DNA of 64,000 nucleotides from Nitrospinales bacterium. GTDB lineage: Bacteria > Nitrospinota > Nitrospinia > Nitrospinales > JAJDAT01. The stretch covers positions 1 through 64,000 of the forward strand of contig JBHHYO010000004.1 of assembly GCA_046757665.1 (NCBI GenBank), given 5' to 3'. The first letter of the stretch is position 1; the number at the start of each line of letters is the position of its first letter. Both the position numbers and the translations under genes were made by a program. Shown here piece by piece: positions 54,451-61,121 of the stretch. Under the pieces are notes generated by a model that was not told where the DNA came from, made no database searches, and was given only the letters and a program-made list of their open reading frames with translations.

Positions 54451-54463
54451 AATCAATAGGTTA
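54451..54463. promoter_or_regulatory. IHF-consensus site upstream of the nuo promoter
   Basis: AATCAATAGGTTA matches WATCAANNNNTTR exactly, next to an AT-rich tract. Confidence 0.45.
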
Positions 54464-54596
54464 TATAAGCTCGGTGGCGACACCGCCTTTGCCACGCAAA
54501 AACACCGAGCAAGGCACCGCGCAAACTCAGCAAAAAACATCTCGGGGGAAAGGCAAAACCCCCCTTGGACTTCATTCTGAAGCACCCACCAAAAAT

Positions 54597-55925
54597 TTAT
54601 TCCCGGTGTTCCACGTGGAGGCGGTAGATAAGGCCGGTGGGGTTGTCGCCCGGCGAAACGGCGGCGGGTTTGGCGAAGTTGTTTACCTCAAAGTGAATGA
54701 TGTTTTCTCCCTCTTTAAGATACTTTCTGATGTCGATGATAAACGGGTCCGGATATTCGGCGCCGCCAAACTGTTGCACAAGCCCAACATCGTTGACCGA
54801 GATGCGACAGGCGTCATCGCTACGAATAAAAAGATCCGCCCGCGGAATCGAATCCGCCTTGCCAGCCGGGATATGAAATTTTGTGCGAAACCGGTTTTGA
54901 CTGCCGGTTTTCGCTTCCTCAAGCGTGACGGACTCCCGGACCCAAATCCACTGGCTTCCCTTGATCGACCGCCATCCGCCGTTCATCGAGCAGAGGGAAG
55001 CCGACCCCCAAGTATCGGTTTCACCGTCATAGCACTCCGTCTGCGTACCGCTGACCAAAACCAGAGTTTTGGTTTTGGAACTCACCGGCGCCGTAATGTC
55101 CAGCCGCGCACTTTCACTTTCCTCCCACATCGCGGCGTTCAATTGTTGCCAGTACTCATAGATGCCGTTTCTTTTGTTAATCACCACCATGCTGGGCCGG
55201 GGCATATTACGCCCCAGGTACGGACCGATATCGGCGATAATCAATCCATACGAACGGGGTCCGTCCGCATCGATGGCGATGAAAGAATGGGAAGGAATGA
55301 CGCTGTAGACATGAATTTGCAGTTTGCCTTTTTTATGCGCCTGGGTATCGTTGTCCAGTTCATCCTGCAATTTCTGCAACAAGAGCAATGAAGTTCTGAT
55401 CTCATTTTTGAAGGTCGGCTTGCCCCTGCCCTGGCGGGTGATGAGATCCACCACATGGGAATTGGGGTCCATCAGCAATAATCTGACATTGATACCTTTC
55501 AGGATTTGTTCCCTGATAAGCTCGCGACTGCTGGTGGCGATGGAAAGCAAGGACGTGCCGCCGATGAATATCTCGCGTTTCACATCCTTAAAAAGAGACT
55601 CGAAGGAATACGCCCGGCCCAGTTCGGACCGATTCTTATAAATACCCTTGATGCCCAGGCGCACCGCGTCGGGATTGACGATTTCCTCAAGCGCCGCCTT
55701 GTATTCGTTGAACGAAAGTTCCCGAAGAAAAATTTCGTAAGCCAGGGAAACCACTCCGATCAGGGACATCAGGAGAGAAAATTCCCTAACCGGAAGCAAC
55801 CAATGGCTGTCTGAACCGACTATCTTTTCGGCTCCGACATAAGCTACGGCGCCCAGGACAAATATGATCAATCCCAGGAATAAAATCCGTTCACGAACCC
55901 AGGTTTTTATATTCGGCTGATTCAA
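54597..55925 (-). CDS. Hypothetical membrane protein: 2 TM + PLD-like (DUF5919-like) domain + lectin-like beta-sandwich
   Basis: Two N-terminal TMs, then GIKGIY, IFIGGTSL, VRLLLMDPNS, IHVYSVIP, MWEES, then QWIW...FRTKF...RSDD...VN...DI...LKEGENII...NPTGL. Confidence 0.7.
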   Translation of the reverse strand: MNQPNIKTWVRERILFLGLIIFVLGAVAYVGAEKIVGSDSHWLLPVREFSLLMSLIGVVSLAYEIFLRELSFNEYKAALEEIVNPDAVRLGIKGIYKNRSELGRAYSFESLFKDVKREIFIGGTSLLSIATSSRELIREQILKGINVRLLLMDPNSHVVDLITRQGRGKPTFKNEIRTSLLLLQKLQDELDNDTQAHKKGKLQIHVYSVIPSHSFIAIDADGPRSYGLIIADIGPYLGRNMPRPSMVVINKRNGIYEYWQQLNAAMWEESESARLDITAPVSSKTKTLVLVSGTQTECYDGETDTWGSASLCSMNGGWRSIKGSQWIWVRESVTLEEAKTGSQNRFRTKFHIPAGKADSIPRADLFIRSDDACRISVNDVGLVQQFGGAEYPDPFIIDIRKYLKEGENIIHFEVNNFAKPAAVSPGDNPTGLIYRLHVEHRE

Positions 55926-56005
55926 AGATATTCACCATTGTTGATCGGAAAACGGCGGGAACGACCCGTCAGGTGGCGGGATTGATCGCAAATGCCAGCG
56001 GGTCG

Positions 56006-56034
56006 ATTCTACTAGAAAATCGCTTGTTTTACAA
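56006..56034 (-). promoter_or_regulatory. Putative sigma70 promoter of the 442-aa gene
   Basis: Minus strand TTGTAA-N17-TAGAAT. Confidence 0.55.
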
Positions 56035-56071
56035 GGGTATGGCGCAAAACCGCGGAAGAACGGCTCACCAT

Positions 56072-58378
56072 TCAACTCAGCCCCAGTTTTCGGCGAGTCC
56101 ACCATTCCATGGACAGGAAACCGATGAACATAAAATAAACCCACCAATTATCCCACAAGGAGAGGATTTTACTGTCCGACTTCGTGCGGACTTCCGGATT
56201 GGAGAATCGCTGGTCGGCCAAATTTGTCTGCTCATCCAAAACCCGGAAAGCGCCGCCCGTCGCTTCCGCCATGGTTTTTAAGAGCAAACTATTGATGAGG
56301 GGCTTTTCAAACTCCGCCGTTTCGCTAAAGACGCTGAACAACGCTTCTTTTTTGAGATCTTCGGCTGCCCGTTTCAACCGGGCGGAATAAAAACCCTCTC
56401 CCGAAGGAGTAAATTCAAAATTCGCTTCACCCAACGCATTCGTCTGTAACGTATGCTTGGAGAGAGTTTTCCCATTGGAAATGGAATGAAGAATCAAGTC
56501 GATCTTTTCGTTGGGAAGGGGATTATAATCCTCCCTCAGCATTTTAACTTTGATCAGTACCTTTTCGTTTTCCCTGTACCGTTCCTTGTCGGTTTCGATT
56601 TTAATCTGCTGAGTTTCCGGCTCGTTCGTCATCCAGGCCACCACATTGTTCCAGAAGTTTTGATAGTACCTTCCGCTACCCCCCTGCCCAACCCGCAGAA
56701 AATTCCATGCCCAGGAGGAGTCCGTCGCCAGAATTAGGGAGCGCCCGTCGCCGTTCTTGCGGACCGCCAGGACGGGATAGGCGTCGCCGTGATCTCCCGT
56801 CTTCGTATAACGAATCAAGACCTGAGCATCCTTCGCTGGCTCCAGGCCGATATTCAATCCCCTGAGTTCCGGCATGGAACTCCAGGCCTCATGATTCAGT
56901 TCCTCGCTTTTTTCCAGACGCAGGATGGGATGGTGGGCAAACTGCTTGCCGATCCGCGGTTTGAAGGCATCGTTTAAAAACTGGCTCGTTTTACTTCGGA
57001 TCCTGACCGGAAGAATATTATCGACCCCCGTCTGGTAATACCCTCCGCCCTGGAAAGAGAGATCGCCTCCAATCATGATGAAAGCGCCGCCATGACGCAC
57101 GTATTTTTCAATATTCTCCAAATACTGCTTTTGAATAAAAGGCTTGTATCGAAAATTTTGAAAGATCACCAGGTCGAATGAACCCAGATAGTCGCTCAGC
57201 AGTAAATTGGATGGAAACGAGATAAGGCTCAGCTCCGAAACCGAGGCCTGCACATCGTCCGAAAAGCTTCTGAGAATAAAAAACGACAACAAGTCGACTT
57301 TGGGGTTATTGATGAGAACTTCCCGAAGAAACCGCGCATCCCAGGAAGGACGCCCATTCAAAAGCAGAACCCGGATGCGGTCGCGGATCACCTTGACCTG
57401 AAATTCCTTGCGATTATTGCTTTCAATGGATTCGCCGACGAACAGCGGCACGGAAAGAGTGTAAACTTTTTTGCCTGTCGTATTGGGAACAAATTGCAGA
57501 TCGGTTTTGTAGCGGCTCTGCCCCTCTTTGATCTCGATAACTTTCGACACCAGAACCTTGTCGCCCTCTTTGAGAACCAGCGGAATATTTTTATTGCCCA
57601 TGGAAGAGGCGATGAGGCTCACGGAGAGATTCACTTCCTGACGAACAAACCCAAAATCGGCTCCCTCCAGTTTTTCGATTCCCAGGTCCTTGAAATTTTC
57701 ATTACTGCCCGCCTGGAAAGTATGGATCGGCGCTTCAAAAAAGGACAGCGTATCCGCCATCTCCTCAGAGACCTCCGCCAAATCCTCCCCCAGGTCGGCG
57801 CCATCGGAAAACAGCATCACCCCCTGAAGCGCTTTTCCTTCATAATGCTTTTTTACTTCCCGCAACACCTGATTCAAATCCGTGTTTAATCCCTGAACCC
57901 GGTATCGACTCTCGATATCCGATCCGGGCACCGCAGTGATCCGATCAGACGCAAAATAAAAATCCACCTGAAAATCTTTTTTCAGGTTCTCAAAATAATC
58001 CCGGTTTTTCTTCAGTACCCGGCGAACAATGTCGAACCGCGGCTTTTCCTCCGGAAAGGTTTTGATTGCCAGGCTTTTGCTGTCATCCAGCAACACGGCA
58101 ATGGAATTTTTTTGAATTCGGCTTTTGTTGAATTCGAGCTCGGGTTTGAACAAAATCAGAAGAAGCAGAAGAAAACTGATAACCCGCAGACCATAAAGGA
58201 AAGCTTTGTTCAAGGGAGACCGGATCCGCCTCAGGCTGGTCCAAAAAAACCATAAAGCCACCGGAACCACAAAAATCGCAAAAACCAAAATCCATTCGAC
58301 TTCACTTGTTCCCCACCGAACTTCCCAATTGTCGAATTCGTCGAATGGCAGACCGAGTAGATCAGCTAGAAAGTTCAC
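56072..58378 (-). CDS. Membrane protein with vWA domain, Ig-like domains and class I glutamine amidotransferase-like domain
   Basis: Two N-terminal TMs, MIDAS-like LLDDSKS...TDL...FSDG, FDLVIF...YVRHGGAFIMIGG, C-terminal TM ending EWWTRRKLGL. Confidence 0.8.
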   Translation of the reverse strand: MNFLADLLGLPFDEFDNWEVRWGTSEVEWILVFAIFVVPVALWFFWTSLRRIRSPLNKAFLYGLRVISFLLLLLILFKPELEFNKSRIQKNSIAVLLDDSKSLAIKTFPEEKPRFDIVRRVLKKNRDYFENLKKDFQVDFYFASDRITAVPGSDIESRYRVQGLNTDLNQVLREVKKHYEGKALQGVMLFSDGADLGEDLAEVSEEMADTLSFFEAPIHTFQAGSNENFKDLGIEKLEGADFGFVRQEVNLSVSLIASSMGNKNIPLVLKEGDKVLVSKVIEIKEGQSRYKTDLQFVPNTTGKKVYTLSVPLFVGESIESNNRKEFQVKVIRDRIRVLLLNGRPSWDARFLREVLINNPKVDLLSFFILRSFSDDVQASVSELSLISFPSNLLLSDYLGSFDLVIFQNFRYKPFIQKQYLENIEKYVRHGGAFIMIGGDLSFQGGGYYQTGVDNILPVRIRSKTSQFLNDAFKPRIGKQFAHHPILRLEKSEELNHEAWSSMPELRGLNIGLEPAKDAQVLIRYTKTGDHGDAYPVLAVRKNGDGRSLILATDSSWAWNFLRVGQGGSGRYYQNFWNNVVAWMTNEPETQQIKIETDKERYRENEKVLIKVKMLREDYNPLPNEKIDLILHSISNGKTLSKHTLQTNALGEANFEFTPSGEGFYSARLKRAAEDLKKEALFSVFSETAEFEKPLINSLLLKTMAEATGGAFRVLDEQTNLADQRFSNPEVRTKSDSKILSLWDNWWVYFMFIGFLSMEWWTRRKLGLS

Positions 58379-59133
58379 GGTGAATGATATCTCCGCAACC
58401 GGTCCAATATAATGGGCAAATGCACCATATCCTTTTTATAATCCAGGGTGAGGGCATACAGCACAATGTTCACCCCCAACCGAATGCTTGACCTCCTTTG
58501 GATAAGTCCTCCGCCGATCATATCGTAATTCCAATGCCCCAGTTTGTTCCGTGCCCAAGCCCCCTCCAGGTCGTTGGTGGAGTAAAGAAGAACCGTTCGC
58601 CCCTTGAGAGTGATTCCCTCGAGAAACGGACGGGTAACCACGCGGCCGGCAACCCGGTTGACCAAATAAAAAGACCGGAAGATCGAATGATTCCTGGAAA
58701 TCCTTTCCAGAGGGGTGTTGGGAAACAGTTGGGAAATCATGTGACGGACCGAATCATCAAACGCGGAATCGACTTTTCCGGAACTGTCGTCGATCAGCAA
58801 AAACCCTCCATAGCTCAAATAATTCCTCAATATTTTCAGTTCTTCCGGAGAAAAGGGCTCGAAGGCGCTGTCGCCCGACATCAAAATAAACGGCAATTGA
58901 AACAAATGGGGGTCTTTGAGGCTTATATCCACGGCCTCCCGTTTAACTTCCACCGAGGTCCTTCTGGCCGTCTGGGCCAGCAGGCTTTCTACCGCCTCCG
59001 GCCGCGGCTTGTAATTTCCTCCCTGATATTTGAGCTGTGCGATCCGCAACTTGGAAAAATCCCCGATCCCCCAGGCTGAAGAACCGATCAGGCCGCAACA
59101 CACACAAATCAAAAACAAAAATTTTTTTCGCAT
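58375..59133 (-). CDS. DUF4159 domain protein
   Basis: Signal peptide, LPFILMSG, LRNYLSYGGFLLIDD, HSIFRSFY, NDL..AW, LGVNIVLYALT.DYK.D..H. Confidence 0.85.
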   Translation of the reverse strand: MRKKFLFLICVCCGLIGSSAWGIGDFSKLRIAQLKYQGGNYKPRPEAVESLLAQTARRTSVEVKREAVDISLKDPHLFQLPFILMSGDSAFEPFSPEELKILRNYLSYGGFLLIDDSSGKVDSAFDDSVRHMISQLFPNTPLERISRNHSIFRSFYLVNRVAGRVVTRPFLEGITLKGRTVLLYSTNDLEGAWARNKLGHWNYDMIGGGLIQRRSSIRLGVNIVLYALTLDYKKDMVHLPIILDRLRRYHSP

Positions 59134-59338
59134 CCGATGAAAACCGCCCTGAATTCCGTTATACCACTTGATTTTTATCTTAATCTAATCAAGATTCCAT
59201 CCTTTTTCAATCCATATAAACCATTAAAACTTTCAAATATTTTTGTGTCATGACATGTGAGTAGTATAAACTTAAAAGCTCCACAAGGATGTGATTTTTG
59301 TCTAAACGGAATTTCAGCGATAATAAAAAAATAGAGAA

Positions 59339-60433
59339 ATGAATAGAATCGTCCTGTTAAATCCGGGGCCGGTCAATGTTTCCGAACGGGTGGCGGCGGC
59401 GTTGCGGAGAGGGGACCTCTGCCACCGGGAAGTGGAGTTCAAGCATCTTCAGAACTCCATCCGCCAAAAACTGCTGACGGCCTTTGCCGTCGAGAAGAAT
59501 TTCGCGGCGGTTTTGATTTCCGGTTCCGGTACCGCGGCCCTGGAAATGGCCGTCGCTTCCTGCCTGAGTCCCGGGCGGTCCATGTTAATCATCGCAAATG
59601 GCGTTTACGGCGAACGTATCAACCAAATCGCCGAATGCCACCACCTCGACAAACACGTTCTGCACTATCCCTGGGGCCGGCCTCCCGACCTGGAGGAAAT
59701 CGAAAAAGCCCTGCGGCAACATCCGGAAATCGAAGTGGCGGCCGTGGTGCACCATGAAACGACCACCGGCCTGCTGAACCCCGTCGGAGAAATCGGACGA
59801 CTGGTCCGCCGGTATGACAAAAAATTCCTGGTCGATTGCATCAGTAGCCTGGCGGGAGAAACATTCGACCTCAACCAGACCAACATGGACTTTTGTGTCG
59901 GCACGGCCAACAAGTGCATTCAGGGACTCCCCGGGGTTTCGTTCGTTTTGTTCCGCGCTACCGAATGGGACAGGCTGGCCGGCATCCCGCCCCGTTCGCA
60001 CTACCTGAACCTGACGGCCCATCATCAGGCCCAGTTGCGGGAGGAGACCCTGTTCACGCCGGCGATTCAGGTCTTTTACGCTTTCGAGGAAGCCCTGTCG
60101 GAACTGCTGGAGGAAACCGTTGATGCGCGGGTTCACCGATACCGCACCGCCGCGGAACAACTGCGGAAAGGATTCAAGGAAATGGGATTGAAATTTCTCG
60201 TCCCGGAAAAACTTCATTCCAACACCCTCACCGCGCTGGAGCTTCCCGACTCAGTCTCTTATGCCAATCTCCACGACAAACTCAAGAAAGAAGGATACGT
60301 TATCTATGCCGGCCAGGGCAGTCTCGACCAGACCATCTTCCGGGTGGCCAATATGGGAGATATCCGCCCCGCCGAGTTCGAGCGATTCCTGCTTGTCCTC
60401 GGAAAATGCTTTGCCGGCGTGTGCCTGAAATAA
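59339..60433 (+). CDS. phnW: Class V aminotransferase, 2-aminoethylphosphonate-pyruvate transaminase-like
   Basis: LLNPGP, SGSGTAA.E, NGVYGER, HHETTTGLLNP, TANKCIQG.PG, FTP, YVIYAGQG...FRVANMG. Confidence 0.75.
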   Translation: MNRIVLLNPGPVNVSERVAAALRRGDLCHREVEFKHLQNSIRQKLLTAFAVEKNFAAVLISGSGTAALEMAVASCLSPGRSMLIIANGVYGERINQIAECHHLDKHVLHYPWGRPPDLEEIEKALRQHPEIEVAAVVHHETTTGLLNPVGEIGRLVRRYDKKFLVDCISSLAGETFDLNQTNMDFCVGTANKCIQGLPGVSFVLFRATEWDRLAGIPPRSHYLNLTAHHQAQLREETLFTPAIQVFYAFEEALSELLEETVDARVHRYRTAAEQLRKGFKEMGLKFLVPEKLHSNTLTALELPDSVSYANLHDKLKKEGYVIYAGQGSLDQTIFRVANMGDIRPAEFERFLLVLGKCFAGVCLK

Positions 60434-60458
60434 AACATTCTTTAAAAAATCCGAGACG

Positions 60459-61121
60459 ATGCAACTCTATCAACTAATGAAAGACTACGCCGCCGCCCAC
60501 GGTAGCAAACCCGATCCGGACTCGGCCACACCGGAGTTGGGATACAACCTTTCCCTTTTTCATGCCTGTCTGGTAGAAGCCGGGCTGGATCAGGAAGAGT
60601 CCGCCGGCACACAAAAATTGACCGCACCTCCACAGGACATACGCCCTTCCCTTCTGGCCCGGTTCATGGTCGGATTTTTACCCAGCCATTCCATAACGGG
60701 AAAAAATGAAATCAACAACATTCTGTTTGAACTCTATTCTTTTTTGAAGTGGCTTGATAAAAAAGACATCCAACATGGCTTGGCGAATATCAACTTCCAA
60801 CAATGGATCAAAAAACTTTCGACCGATCAAACCCGGTGCCGGCAACTGAACCGCTTGCTGGATCAGGAAGCCGGACGTATTCTCGACGAACCCCCACCCA
60901 TCACCCACACCGTTAGCGACACGTTTTCCGTGGCGAAAATCGAAAAGGAATTCGTTTATTTAAAAGGCGGAAGTTTTTCCGACCCGGTTCGACTCCGTCT
61001 CGCAAACGACATCCTCAAGCTAATCAAACTGAACGACCACCTGGAAATGGTGTTGGGCGACACTTCCAACAAATGGGTTCTTCTGGAGTGCGGCGAGGTG
61101 TTCCCCGGCTTTCAGCGATAA
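60459..61121 (+). CDS. Hypothetical protein (helical N-terminal half, OB-fold-like C-terminal half)
   Basis: 220-aa ORF 25 nt after the aminotransferase, convergent with and overlapping the CHAT gene end. Confidence 0.7.
   Translation: MQLYQLMKDYAAAHGSKPDPDSATPELGYNLSLFHACLVEAGLDQEESAGTQKLTAPPQDIRPSLLARFMVGFLPSHSITGKNEINNILFELYSFLKWLDKKDIQHGLANINFQQWIKKLSTDQTRCRQLNRLLDQEAGRILDEPPPITHTVSDTFSVAKIEKEFVYLKGGSFSDPVRLRLANDILKLIKLNDHLEMVLGDTSNKWVLLECGEVFPGFQR

Noticed and set aside
54402-55391. 329-aa + strand ORF
   Set aside because: Overlaps the 442-aa gene antisense, with no RBS or motifs.
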